NCBI GenBank assembly: GCA_040830305.1
Contig: JBFOLW010000332.1
Coordinates: forward strand, 1 to 33,532
Source of the DNA: Erythrobacter sp.
GTDB taxonomy: Bacteria; Pseudomonadota; Alphaproteobacteria; Sphingomonadales; Sphingomonadaceae
Direction of reading: 5' to 3'
DNA: 33,532 nt
Shown here: in pieces, positions 8,627 to 19,951 of the stretch
How positions within the stretch are numbered: position 1 is the stretch's first letter
Layout of the letters: the number at the start of each line of letters is the position of its first letter
Program-made: the position numbers and the translations under genes
Notes under the pieces: generated by a model
Database searches by the model: none
The model's input: the letters and a program-made list of their open reading frames with translations, nothing else
Told to the model about the DNA's origin: nothing

Positions 8627-8645
8627 ATGGTTAAGCACCTGTTGA
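8627..8645 (+). promoter_or_regulatory. CtrA-like box upstream of the SCPU gene
   Basis: TTAA-GCACCTG-TTGA (8631-8645) overlapping ATGGTTAA (reverse complement of TTAACCAT). Confidence 0.5.
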
Positions 8646-8708
8646 GCAGGACCTCAGCGCCCTACCGAATAGCGCAACCCCGCGCTGGAGGGCATAGTGG
8701 AGACCACG

Positions 8709-9200
8709 ATGAGCCGAAGTCTTGCCTTTCTCGTCGCCGCCGTAGCTGGCGCGACAACGGGCCCCGCCGTGGCGGGGCAGGCGACTGCGGTCATGGAAGT
8801 TCGCGCCACGGTGGTCGAAAGCTGCAGCGTCACTGCCGATGTGCTCGATTTCGCGCTCGATACCACGCCGGGCGCGCGGGCGCAGGGCCAGGCCTCGGTC
8901 GCATTGTCATGCAATGGCCCGGCGGCTTACGAAATCGCGCTCGATGCGGGCCGCAACAGCCGCAGTGGCGAGCGCCAGATGCTCGATCCGGAGAGCGGCG
9001 CCACGCTCGCCTATGAGATCTATTCCGACGCCGCACGGACAATGCGCTGGGGCAACGCGACGGGGGTCGATACGCTGGCCGGTACCGCTGATGATGACGG
9101 GCGTGCGGTGCTGACCGCCTATGGGGTGACCTTGACCGATGGAAGCAGTCTCGCCGCCGGCACTTATGCCGACGCAGTTGTCGTCACCGTGAATTTCTGA
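8709..9200 (+). CDS. Spore coat protein U (SCPU)/Csu-type fimbrial subunit-like secreted protein
   Basis: GGAG RBS then ATG 8709; signal peptide; VVESC...LSC Cys pair; LAYEIYSDAART.RWG; AGTYADAVVVTVNF terminal strand. Confidence 0.85.
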   Translation: MSRSLAFLVAAVAGATTGPAVAGQATAVMEVRATVVESCSVTADVLDFALDTTPGARAQGQASVALSCNGPAAYEIALDAGRNSRSGERQMLDPESGATLAYEIYSDAARTMRWGNATGVDTLAGTADDDGRAVLTAYGVTLTDGSSLAAGTYADAVVVTVNF

Positions 9201-9203
9201 TCT

Positions 9204-9602
9204 TCAGCCCGCTTCGACGAGATCGACGATCGCCGCGCGCGCGGCGTGAAACTCGCGCCACAGCGTCAGCGCGGCGGCGGTCGTGTCCTGGCCCCGGGCA
9301 GTCAGGGAGAGGAGCGCGCGCAGTCCGGGCTGCATGACCGCGGCGAGGTCGTCGATTCCGCGCGCGGCCATTTCGTAGTGCCACTCTCCCCGCTGCGCCG
9401 CACGTTCAGGCAGGGCAAGAATTTCGGCCGAAAGCGGTTCACGTCCGAGTTGGGCGAGCGTTCCAACCGCGGCTGCCGCTTCGTGGACGGCTTCCCATTG
9501 CTCGGCGAGGGCAGCGGTGTCCGGCACTTCGCGCGGGCCGTTGGGGGCTGGCGGAAGCATGGTGGCCTGAGCCAGGTCGAACGGGTGGGACATCGCGCTC
9601 AT
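9204..9602 (-). CDS. Hypothetical helical protein
   Basis: 132 aa fills the gap between the SCPU gene and the tRNA; typical codon usage; AAALTLWREFHAAR end; start 9602 or 9593. Confidence 0.7.
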   Translation of the reverse strand: MSAMSHPFDLAQATMLPPAPNGPREVPDTAALAEQWEAVHEAAAAVGTLAQLGREPLSAEILALPERAAQRGEWHYEMAARGIDDLAAVMQPGLRALLSLTARGQDTTAAALTLWREFHAARAAIVDLVEAG

Positions 9603-9733
9603 GAGGACGCAGGCTAGTCCGCCTGTATTGCGAAAGCCCTAACGACAGGCTCCCCAATTCCGCCTGTTCGTTTTAAGGCTGGCGAGCGCGCACACGCTTT
9701 GCTAAGCGCCCCCTTCGCCGCGAGGCCCGGCAT

Positions 9734-9810
<77 letters not shown>

Positions 9811-9903
9811 CGGGCTGGTTTTTGGTCCCCTGCTCTCGCGATTGAGGCAGCTCCGGCTTTCACGAGTTGCATTTTCGCGATGCGGACCTAGAGCGCGCGG
9901 GCC

Positions 9904-11025
9904 GTGACCTTGCCGCCATTCTATCAGCTCGATCTCGCGCGGTTGGCGCAGAACAATCGCCGCCGGACCCTCACGCTGGCGCGCGGCCACGACTTCTCCT
10001 CGAACGACTATCTCGCACTGGCCGGGTCGCCCGCGCTGCGCGGCGCGGCGCGCGCAGCGCTCGAGCGCGGTGTCGCGCTGGGATCGGGCGGCTCGCGGTT
10101 GCTGCGCGGAAACGGTGTCGAGCACGAGGCGCTTGAGGCACGCGCCGCGGCGTTTTTCGGCGCGCCTTCGGCGCTGTTCCTCGGATCGGGTTTTGCCGCA
10201 AACAGCCTGCTGTTCGCCACGCTGCCGCAAACGGAGGACCTGATCCTCTACGACGACTTGGTTCATGCCAGCGCGCATGAGGGCATGCGCCTGTCGCGGG
10301 CACCAAGCAGGGCTTTCGTGCATAACGACGTTCAGTCCGCAGCCGATGCGATCGCTGGCTGGCGGGCGAGAGGTGGACGCGGCACGCCGTGGATCGCGTT
10401 CGAGACGCTGTACAGTATGGATGGTGACCGCGCCCCGGTCGCCGAATTCGCCGAGCTCGCGCGGCGCGAGGGCGCGATGCTGTTGGCCGACGAAGCGCAT
10501 GCTGTGGGGGTGTTCGGGCCGCAGGGGCGCGGGCTCGCGGCCGACCTCCATGGGCAGGAGAACGCCATCGTGCTGGCGACCTGCGGCAAGGCGCTGGGCT
10601 GCGAGGGCGCGCTGGTGCTGGGGCCGAAGATCATCCGCGAGTTCCTCGTCAACCGCGGCCGCGGCTTCATCTTCTCGACCGCACCCTCGCCGCTGATGGC
10701 CGCGGTTGCGCAGGCGGCGCTCGATATTGTCGCTGACGCCGACGATCGGCGGGCGCGGCTGGCCGGATTGGTCACGGGGGCGGGTGCAGCGGTCGCCAGG
10801 CTCGGAATCGCTCCGAGTGGTTCCCAGATCCAGCCGGTCGTAATCGGCGAGGACGCACGCACGATGGAAATCGCAGCGGCGCTTCAGGCGCGGGGGTTCG
10901 ATGTGCGTGGGGTTCGCCCGCCCACCGTACCTGCCGGCAGCGCGCGGCTTCGCCTGTCGATCACGCTCAACAGCGACGCGCAGTCGATCGCTGCGCTCTC
11001 AGAGGCCTTGGAGGATTTGTTGTGA
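9904..11025 (+). CDS. bioF: 8-amino-7-oxononanoate synthase
   Basis: DFSSNDYLAL, GSGGSRLLRG, HAS, YSMDGD, DEAHA, TCGKALG (PLP Lys), RPPTVP..ARLR; first gene of the bioFDA operon. Confidence 0.93.
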   Translation: MTLPPFYQLDLARLAQNNRRRTLTLARGHDFSSNDYLALAGSPALRGAARAALERGVALGSGGSRLLRGNGVEHEALEARAAAFFGAPSALFLGSGFAANSLLFATLPQTEDLILYDDLVHASAHEGMRLSRAPSRAFVHNDVQSAADAIAGWRARGGRGTPWIAFETLYSMDGDRAPVAEFAELARREGAMLLADEAHAVGVFGPQGRGLAADLHGQENAIVLATCGKALGCEGALVLGPKIIREFLVNRGRGFIFSTAPSPLMAAVAQAALDIVADADDRRARLAGLVTGAGAAVARLGIAPSGSQIQPVVIGEDARTMEIAAALQARGFDVRGVRPPTVPAGSARLRLSITLNSDAQSIAALSEALEDLL

Positions 11026-11645
11026 AGCGGACAATCGTCGTGACGGGGACCGATACCGATGTCGGCAAGACGGTGTTCGCCGCGGGGCTCGCTGCAGCGC
11101 TCGGCGCGCACTACTGGAAACCAGTGCAGGCGGGTCTTGAAGATGGCGGCGACGCGGCCCGGGTCGCGTCGCTGGGGGTGCCTGCCGGGCGCATCGTCCC
11201 GGAGGCCTATCGCCTGACGACGCCGTGTTCGCCGCATCATGCGGCGGAGCTCGACCAGGTTTCGATCGACCCTGCGCGACTTGCATTGCCGCAGCTCGAC
11301 GGACGCTTGGTGGTCGAGGGAGCGGGGGGCGCACTGGTGCCGGTGACGCGCGAACTGCTCTATGCCGATCTCTTCGCGCAGTGGGGCGCGCCTGTGATAA
11401 TCGTCGCTCGGACCGCCCTCGGCACGATCAACCACAGCCTGCTGACCATTGAGGCGCTGCGCGCGCGCGGCGTAGCGATCATCGGTTTAGCGTTCGTCGG
11501 CGAGCCGCAGGACGATAGCGAAGCCACGATCTGCGCCATCGGCAACGTCACTCGGCTCGGTCGCCTGCCAATGATCGACCGGCTCGATAGCGAGCGCCTC
11601 GCGGCAGCCTTTGCCGCCAGTTTCGACCTTGAGGACTTTACGTGA
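11022..11645 (+). CDS. bioD: Dethiobiotin synthetase
   Basis: VTGTDTDVGKT P-loop, WKPVQAG, SPH, VEGAGG, LGTINH; GTGA overlap with bioF. Confidence 0.96.
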   Translation: MKRTIVVTGTDTDVGKTVFAAGLAAALGAHYWKPVQAGLEDGGDAARVASLGVPAGRIVPEAYRLTTPCSPHHAAELDQVSIDPARLALPQLDGRLVVEGAGGALVPVTRELLYADLFAQWGAPVIIVARTALGTINHSLLTIEALRARGVAIIGLAFVGEPQDDSEATICAIGNVTRLGRLPMIDRLDSERLAAAFAASFDLEDFT

Positions 11646-12898
11646 CCAACTCGTCTATCTGGCATCCGTTTACGCAGCACGGGCTGGGCGAGCCCATTCC
11701 CGAAGTCGCGCGGGCCGAGGGTGCGGTGCTCTACACCGACGATGGCACCGAGGTGATCGATGCGATCTCATCGTGGTGGGTGACGACACACGGTCATGCG
11801 CACCCAAAGCTGGCCGCTGACATCGCCGAACAGGCGGCCCGGCTCGACCAGATCATCTTCGCCGGCTGGACGCATCAACCGGCAGAAGAGCTCGCCGCCG
11901 GATTGCGATCGATGATGCCGACAAGCCTGACGCGGGTGTTCTTTTCGGACTCGGGCTCGACCAGTGTCGAAGTCGCGCTCAAAATGGCGCTCGGCTACTG
12001 GCTGCATCGCGGCGAGGCGCGTCAGGGCATTGTCGTCATGGACAATGGCTATCACGGCGACACGATCGGCACGATGTCGGTCGGTGCGCGCGGGGCGTTC
12101 AACCGCGCCTATCAGCCGCTGCTGTTCGACGTGACTTCGATACCTTTCCCGCGCGATGGTGCGGAGCAGGCGACCCTCGATGCGCTGGAGCAGGCTTGCA
12201 AGGCCGGAGCGGCCGCCTTCGTGGTCGAGCCGCTCGTGCTCGGCGCAGGCGGCATGCTGATGTACCGCGCCGAGACCCTCGCCGAGATGCGCCGCATCTC
12301 CGCGGCACATGGGACGCTGTTCATTGCCGACGAGGTGATGACCGGCTGGGGCCGCACGGGCACCATGCTGGCCTGCGAACAGGCGGGTATCGAGCCCGAT
12401 ATCCTGTGCCTGTCGAAGGGGTTGACCGGCGGCGCCGTGCCGCTTGCGGTGACGTTGGCCAGCGAGCCGATCTTTGCCGCGCATTGCAGCACCGATCGCG
12501 CGCAGATGTTCTTCCACTCGTCGAGCTATACCGCCAACCCGATCGCCTGCGCAGCAGCCAATGCCAATCTCGCCATTTGGCGCGAGGAGCCAGTAGAAGA
12601 GCGGATCGCGACCCTGACGGCACGACAGGCCGAACGACTGGCAAACCTCGCGCGCCGTGCTGCGGTCCACCAGCCGCGCCAGATGGGGACGATCGCCGCC
12701 TTCGACGTTGGCGAGGCGGACGGCTATCTGTCCGGTCTGGCTCCGCGCATGCTGTCGATGTTCCGCGAGCGCGGAGTTCTCCTGCGGCCGCTCGGCAATA
12801 CGGTCTACGTAATGCCCCCCTATTGCATCACTGCCGACCAGCTCGACGCGGTCTATGCCGCTATCGGCGGGGTGCTGGATGAAATAGGCAGCACTTAG
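11642..12898 (+). CDS. bioA: Adenosylmethionine-8-amino-7-oxononanoate aminotransferase
   Basis: IWHPFTQ, DAISSWWVTTHGH, DSGSTSVEVALKMA, YHGDT, ADEVMTGWGRTG, LSKGLTGG, LRPLGN. Confidence 0.96.
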   Translation: MTNSSIWHPFTQHGLGEPIPEVARAEGAVLYTDDGTEVIDAISSWWVTTHGHAHPKLAADIAEQAARLDQIIFAGWTHQPAEELAAGLRSMMPTSLTRVFFSDSGSTSVEVALKMALGYWLHRGEARQGIVVMDNGYHGDTIGTMSVGARGAFNRAYQPLLFDVTSIPFPRDGAEQATLDALEQACKAGAAAFVVEPLVLGAGGMLMYRAETLAEMRRISAAHGTLFIADEVMTGWGRTGTMLACEQAGIEPDILCLSKGLTGGAVPLAVTLASEPIFAAHCSTDRAQMFFHSSSYTANPIACAAANANLAIWREEPVEERIATLTARQAERLANLARRAAVHQPRQMGTIAAFDVGEADGYLSGLAPRMLSMFRERGVLLRPLGNTVYVMPPYCITADQLDAVYAAIGGVLDEIGST

Positions 12899-13073
12899 AC
12901 TGTCGAGCGAGCGCGGCGAAACCGTACCACGCAGGCGACCAAATGGCGCTTGGTGCGGTTCATCGGGTCGCTATCCAGGTCGGCGTCGCGCGGCGAAAGC
13001 GGGGCGTCGCTATTACAATTCCGCGAAAATCCATTAGGTAGGCGGAGGCGGAGGCGACTAAGGCACAGGGTTC

Positions 13074-14111
13074 ATGGACCGGGTAATCTACAATTTCGAC
13101 AGCCTGCCTCATCGGCAAAGCGCGATGGCGGCGCACAAACGCCGGTCGATCTACCGTGCGCCCCGCGTTTCAGAGCCGCGCGTCGGAATCATCTACAATC
13201 CGCGCAGCCACCGCAACAAGGGCCAGGACCTTGCCTGCACCGGTTCGGACCGCATCTCCGTCGCCCAGCCGAGCACGCGCGACGAGATCGCCGATGCGCT
13301 CGGCGGGTTCGCGCGAGCGGAAATCGACTTCCTCATCATCAACGGCGGCGATGGTACTGTTCGCGACGTGCTGACGATGGGGCAGGCAGTCTTCGGCGAT
13401 CGCTGGCCTGCTATTGCGGTCTTGCCCAAGGGGAAGACCAACGCGCTCAATGTCGATCTCGGCGCGCCAGCCGACTGGCCGCTGGAAGCTGCACTCGAAG
13501 CCTATCATTCAGGCCGACGGGTGATCCGCCGACCGTTGGCAATCGGGCGTTCCGACGAGAACGATCCGGCCATGCTCGGGTTCATTTTCGGTGCCGGCGC
13601 CTTCACGCTGGGTATCGAAGCCGGTCAGGACGCGCATTCGCTCGGCTTCTTCAACAGCCTTGCGGTCGGAGCCACGGGCGCATGGGGCGTGCTTCAGGCG
13701 CTGTTCGGGACCGATCGCAACAAGTGGCGTCGCGGAACGCCGATGGACTTGCGCTTTCTACCGAAGGGCAATCCGCTACCGCGATCGGAATATGGCGATC
13801 CCGCGCGGCGCAGCGTCCTGCTCGCGTCAACACTCGAACGGATGCCGATGGGCGTCCAGTTGTTCGGACGGCCGCGTCCGGGACTGAAGCTGTCCGTGCT
13901 CGACCGCCCGCGCCGACGCCTGCTCGCTGTTCTGCCGGCCATATTCATGGGGTGGCGTCCGCGCTGGCTGGCCGCGGCCGGGTTCCACCAGCTCGATGCC
14001 GAGGCTTTCTCGATCGAGGTGGCCGAACCGGTCATACTCGATGGCGAGGCATTCCCTCCGGGCAGCTATAGCGTTGCCCAAGGACCCGAACTGACCTTCA
14101 TCAGCGTGTGA
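13074..14111 (+). CDS. Diacylglycerol/sphingosine/ceramide kinase family lipid kinase
   Basis: IIYNPRS, INGGDGTV, VLPKGKTNAL, ILDGE motifs of the DAGK catalytic fold; start could be 13074 or slightly downstream. Confidence 0.88.
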   Translation: MDRVIYNFDSLPHRQSAMAAHKRRSIYRAPRVSEPRVGIIYNPRSHRNKGQDLACTGSDRISVAQPSTRDEIADALGGFARAEIDFLIINGGDGTVRDVLTMGQAVFGDRWPAIAVLPKGKTNALNVDLGAPADWPLEAALEAYHSGRRVIRRPLAIGRSDENDPAMLGFIFGAGAFTLGIEAGQDAHSLGFFNSLAVGATGAWGVLQALFGTDRNKWRRGTPMDLRFLPKGNPLPRSEYGDPARRSVLLASTLERMPMGVQLFGRPRPGLKLSVLDRPRRRLLAVLPAIFMGWRPRWLAAAGFHQLDAEAFSIEVAEPVILDGEAFPPGSYSVAQGPELTFISV

Positions 14112-15004
14112 CCGATACGCTGCTGCAACGGATCGGCACCGCGCTCGACCGGCCGGTGCGTAGCGAGGTCGCGGCCTACGCGCGCCTGCTCGGCGACGAG
14201 GCGGGTGCGCTGGCGGTGCTGTTCTATGGTTCCAATCTGCGGACCGGATCGCTCGAGGGCGTGCTCGATTTCTATGTCCTGCTACCAGGCCCCCAACGCG
14301 AGCGGATCTGGCCGCGGGTAAGCTACCGGGAATGGGATCACGGAGGCGAGCGCCTGCGTGCGAAGATCGCCACCATGTCGCTCGAGCAATTCGCGCGGGC
14401 GGCGAGCGGGCAATCGCGCGACACCACGATATGGGCGCGGTTCGTCCAGCCCTGCGCATTGATCTGGCAGTCGGATGACCGGGCTCGCCAAGCGGTGCTC
14501 GAAGCGCTGGCTTCCGCTGCAACCACCGCGGCCAGACTGGCGGCAGCGGCCGGACCGGCAAGCGGGACCGCAGAGGACTATTGGCGCGCGCTGTTCCGCG
14601 CGACTTACGAGGCCGAGTTTCGCGTGGAGAAGCCGGGCCGCGAAAACTCCATTCTCGAGGTGAATGCAGAGCATTTCGACGGATTGCTCCCGCTGGCGTG
14701 GGATGCCGCAGGGATCGACTACGATCGCGAAGGATCAATCCTCATACCCATGCTTGGCGATGCGGAACGGAGCCGGACCCTTTCGTGGTGGCGCAGCCGC
14801 GCGCAGCTCGGCAAGCCGCTCAACCTGTTGCGGCTGGCCAAGGCGACCACGACGTTCGAGGGGGCAGCGGATTATGCCGCGTGGAAGCTTCATCGTCACA
14901 CGGGCATCGCGCTGGAGGTCACGCCGTTTCGCGCGAAACATCCGTTGCTCGCCGCGCCCGGGGCGCTGCTCGAACTGATGCGCAAGCGCCGCAATCAGCG
15001 ATAG
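14108..15004 (+). CDS. Nucleotidyltransferase-fold protein resembling Tam41-type phosphatidate cytidylyltransferase
   Basis: GTGA overlap with the kinase; AVLFYGS...VLDFYVL, RAKIATMS, TTIWARFVQP, TYEAEFRVEKPGRENSILEVN..HF parallel recalled Tam41 motifs in order. Confidence 0.65.
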   Translation: MTDTLLQRIGTALDRPVRSEVAAYARLLGDEAGALAVLFYGSNLRTGSLEGVLDFYVLLPGPQRERIWPRVSYREWDHGGERLRAKIATMSLEQFARAASGQSRDTTIWARFVQPCALIWQSDDRARQAVLEALASAATTAARLAAAAGPASGTAEDYWRALFRATYEAEFRVEKPGRENSILEVNAEHFDGLLPLAWDAAGIDYDREGSILIPMLGDAERSRTLSWWRSRAQLGKPLNLLRLAKATTTFEGAADYAAWKLHRHTGIALEVTPFRAKHPLLAAPGALLELMRKRRNQR

Positions 15005-15492
15005 CGCATCCGGATCGACATCGTCTTGACTCCTGGGCCAACCTCGAAGGCGGTCTTCCTGTAGCTCGGCTTGCCGAGATTGAAGATGTTGATGCTGGGA
15101 TTGTTCGACATCGCTCCGCCATCGGCGAAAATGTCGGTCTTGCCATTGCCATTGATGTCGTGGCGCGCCGCGATGCCGTAAGTCCCTGGCGCAGGCAGCG
15201 GCATGCAGAAAGTCATCGACCCGGCCTTGGCGGGGGCTTCTATCCGGTAGATCCAGCGGCCCTTCTCGAGCCAGTCTTCCTTGGTTCCGCGATAGCTCTG
15301 GACGCGGATGGTGCCCTTGCTCTCCTTGATGTCGTTGATGGTGACCCAAACCGCGGGCCCGCCACCTGCGGCACATTTGCTGGCATCGTGCCGGATCTTC
15401 TGGCGGTATTGCGCCTCGGCCGGGGAAGGCGCCGCGAGTCCCGCAAGAGCAAGCCCGGCTATGCCGGCAACGATCAGGTTTCTGCGATCCAT
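14995..15492 (-). CDS. DUF2141-family exported protein (copy 2), possible Tat signal
   Basis: MDRRNLIVAG..AEA signal; PGTYGIAARHDINGNGK, DGGAMSNNP, GKPSYRKTAF; convergent, with a 10-bp overlap with the preceding gene. Confidence 0.82.
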   Translation of the reverse strand: MDRRNLIVAGIAGLALAGLAAPSPAEAQYRQKIRHDASKCAAGGGPAVWVTINDIKESKGTIRVQSYRGTKEDWLEKGRWIYRIEAPAKAGSMTFCMPLPAPGTYGIAARHDINGNGKTDIFADGGAMSNNPSINIFNLGKPSYRKTAFEVGPGVKTMSIRMRYR

Positions 15493-15588
15493 AGTCAAAA
15501 TCCGTCGTAAAAGCGTGAAAGTCCGCAGCCTCGCGCCCGGACAAACGGGCTCAACGTCCCGTGATATGGGGGCTATTTAGCAAGTTGC

Positions 15589-15607
15589 GCTGAATTGCGG
15601 CTGAATT
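15589..15607 (-). promoter_or_regulatory. GCTGAATT-GCG-GCTGAATT direct repeat (TGA-N8-TGA), candidate OmpR-family/CenR-like site
   Basis: Perfect 8-bp repeat with 11-bp period in the divergent DUF2141/rpe intergenic region. Confidence 0.5.
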
Positions 15608-15769
15608 TCTCTCATGCGCATCATTCATTCACGCGCGGGTTAGCTTGCAAACCGGCGATGCAGTCCCGTCAGGCCCATGTGGAAAAGCTCCGGCAACTCG
15701 CTTGTTAACCCTCCTTTCGCGCGCGTAGGGCTTGCCCAGGCTCTTCGCGATCCAAGGTTCCGTGCGCGC

Positions 15770-16432
15770 ATGACCACCCCGCTGATTTCCCCCTCCATCC
15801 TGTCCGCCGATTTTGCCGCGCTGGGCGAGGAAATCCGTGCGATCGACGCCGCCGGTGCCGACTGGATCCATGTCGATGTGATGGACGGACATTACGTGCC
15901 CAACATCACCATCGGCCCGGCAGTCGTTAAGGCGCTGCGTCCGCATTCGGACAAGCCCTTCGACGTTCACCTGATGATCGCGCCGATCGACCCCTATCTG
16001 GAGGCTTTCGCCGAGGCTGGGGCGGATATCATTACTGTACATCCCGAGGCAGGGCCGCACATCCACCGCACATTGCAGGCGATATCGAATCTCGGCAAGA
16101 AGGCGGGAGTCGTGCTCAATCCCGGTACGCCCGTGGAAGCGCTCGACTACATTCTCGAAGATGTCGATCTCGTGCTCGTGATGAGCGTAAACCCGGGTTT
16201 CGGCGGGCAGAGCTTCATCCACTCGCAGCTGCGGAAGGTTGAGGCAATCCGCAAGCGTATCGATGCGCTGGGCAAACCGATCCACCTCGAAGTGGACGGC
16301 GGCGTGAATACCGACACCGCCCGGCTGTGCGTTGATGCCGGAGCGGATGTGCTCGTCGCGGGCTCGGCTACTTTCAAGGGCGGGCCGGACCAGTACGCGG
16401 CCAATATCGCTGCACTCAAGGGGCGCGTGTGA
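15770..16432 (+). CDS. rpe: Ribulose-phosphate 3-epimerase
   Basis: [48 protein letters not shown]; start ATG 15770. Confidence 0.97.
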   Translation: MTTPLISPSILSADFAALGEEIRAIDAAGADWIHVDVMDGHYVPNITIGPAVVKALRPHSDKPFDVHLMIAPIDPYLEAFAEAGADIITVHPEAGPHIHRTLQAISNLGKKAGVVLNPGTPVEALDYILEDVDLVLVMSVNPGFGGQSFIHSQLRKVEAIRKRIDALGKPIHLEVDGGVNTDTARLCVDAGADVLVAGSATFKGGPDQYAANIAALKGRV

Positions 16433-18288
16433 GCCAGGCTACCCGGACCTTCGCGCGCGCCGAGACCGCCCCCGCCGAAAGCGAAGCGGCGCCAGCGCTG
16501 CCGCTGAAGGGGATGGAAGAGCCCTTGGTCGACCAGCTGCCGCCGCTGCCAGAGGCAATCCCGCTGGAACCGGCGCGCGCACTGGTGCTGTCCGATTTCC
16601 AGCCGCCACGCGCGGGTCCGGTCGACAGCATGGTGCGCTGGGCCTACCGGCTGGGTGTGCCCGGATCGGTCCTTGCCGCGCCGCTGCGCAAGCCGGCCGC
16701 ACCGCGTTTGTTGGCAACCGTCTCCAGCCCGCTCGAAGGCGAGCGAGCGGCGGGAATGGCGCTTCGTGCCGGGCAGTTCCTGATCCATGGCCTGAAGGTG
16801 CCGATCGACAAGGTCGAGCTGGCAAGCAATGCGCCGCTGACTCCGCCGGTTCAGCGCGCCGTACATGGCTTTACTTGGCTACGCGATCTGGGGGAATGCG
16901 CCCCGCGCGAGGAGTGTGCAGGCACAGGTGAGAAGCTCTTGGCGCGCTGGCTCAAGGCCAATCCAGTCCCCGCAAAGGGGCCTGCCTGGAGTGTCGAACA
17001 TGCCGGGTTGCGGCTGCTCGGCTGGCTGGTTCATGCCCCTCTATTGCTCGGCGGGGATGCCAAGCTGCGCAGCCGGGCGCTCGACGCGATGGAAGCGACT
17101 GCGCGCTTTCTCGACCGACAGGTGGCCCGCGCCGAAGACGGCCTTGGTCAGGTGGCTGGTTGGTGCGCGATAGTCGCCGCCGGTTTGCTGTTGCCCGATG
17201 GCCGCCCGCGTCGCCTGTTCGGCGAAGCAGGCCTGCTGCGCGCACTGGGCGAACTGGTGAGCGAGGATGGCGGGGTCCTGTCGCGTAGCCCGCTCGCGCA
17301 AATGGAGGCGATCGCGTTGCTGGTCGACCTGCGCGCCTGCTACGAGGCGGCCGATCGCGACCCTCCCCCCGCGCTCGAGACGATGCTCGGCCTGCTCGTC
17401 CCGCCGCTGTTGGCGTTGCGGATGGGCGACCGCGGGCTGGGTAGCTGGCAGGGTGGCGGTGCTACATCGGCAGCACGGCTCGACATGCTGATCGCGGCCA
17501 GCGGGATCCGCGCGCGGCCGGGCAAGGAAAGCAAGCACTGGGGTTACCAGCGGGTCGACGCCGGCAAAGCCGTGATGGTCCTCGACGCTGCCCCTCCGCC
17601 CCGTGCACGCCATGCGCGCTATGGCTGCGCCTCGACGCTGGCATTCGAATTGTCGCATGGCGAACAGCGCATTATCGTCAACTGTGGCGGCGGCGAGCTG
17701 GCCGGAGGGTTGGTGCCCATCCGCATCGAACAGGGGCTTCGCGGCACGGCGGCGCATTCCTCGCTGGTGCTCGACGATGCCAATTCGACCGCGGTCCTGA
17801 TCAAGGGGCAGATCGGCAAGGGCGTCGAAGAAGTCGATATCGCGCGCACGACGGTTAAGCAGAAGGGGCGCGATGCCGTGCGGCTCGAAGCCTCGCACAA
17901 CGGATATGCCGCGCGCTACGGCCTGATCCACCGACGCACGCTGCTGCTCGGAGCCGATGGGAGCGGGCTTTCGGGCGAAGACACGCTCGAGCCCTCGGGG
18001 CGGCAGGGCAAGCGCGGGAAGATCGCATTCGCTATCCGTTTCCACCTCGGCCACGGCATCGAGGCGGGTCTTTCGGACGACCGGCGCGGTGCCGGACTGG
18101 CGCTGCCCGACGGAAGCTACTGGCAATTCCGCCTCGGAGGCGATAGCGGCGAGGCGCACATCGCGATCGAGGACAGCCTCTGGGTCGACGGGCAGGGCCG
18201 CCCGCGCGCAACCAAGCAGCTGGTCGTCGAAGGACTGACATCGCGCAGCGGGGGACGTTTCCCCTGGCTGCTCAAACGCATGGGATAA
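16429..18288 (+). CDS. Heparinase II/III-family protein
   Basis: [62 protein letters not shown]; lies between rpe and purH. Confidence 0.8.
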   Translation: MSQATRTFARAETAPAESEAAPALPLKGMEEPLVDQLPPLPEAIPLEPARALVLSDFQPPRAGPVDSMVRWAYRLGVPGSVLAAPLRKPAAPRLLATVSSPLEGERAAGMALRAGQFLIHGLKVPIDKVELASNAPLTPPVQRAVHGFTWLRDLGECAPREECAGTGEKLLARWLKANPVPAKGPAWSVEHAGLRLLGWLVHAPLLLGGDAKLRSRALDAMEATARFLDRQVARAEDGLGQVAGWCAIVAAGLLLPDGRPRRLFGEAGLLRALGELVSEDGGVLSRSPLAQMEAIALLVDLRACYEAADRDPPPALETMLGLLVPPLLALRMGDRGLGSWQGGGATSAARLDMLIAASGIRARPGKESKHWGYQRVDAGKAVMVLDAAPPPRARHARYGCASTLAFELSHGEQRIIVNCGGGELAGGLVPIRIEQGLRGTAAHSSLVLDDANSTAVLIKGQIGKGVEEVDIARTTVKQKGRDAVRLEASHNGYAARYGLIHRRTLLLGADGSGLSGEDTLEPSGRQGKRGKIAFAIRFHLGHGIEAGLSDDRRGAGLALPDGSYWQFRLGGDSGEAHIAIEDSLWVDGQGRPRATKQLVVEGLTSRSGGRFPWLLKRMG

Positions 18289-18293
18289 ATTTC

Positions 18294-19880
<1,587 letters not shown>

Positions 19881-19951
19881 GCCGGGCGCAGGCGTCTCAT
19901 CGCCTGAACCGATCACAACAATTCGATTAAGCACGTTGCAATGACAGCGTG

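Noticed and set aside
9904-11025. AOS-family enzyme as serine palmitoyltransferase, given the nearby ceramide-kinase-like gene
   Set aside because: It is translationally coupled to bioD and bioA and has BioF-type motifs (FSSNDYL, GSGGSRLL, RPPTVP); BioF is the simpler call
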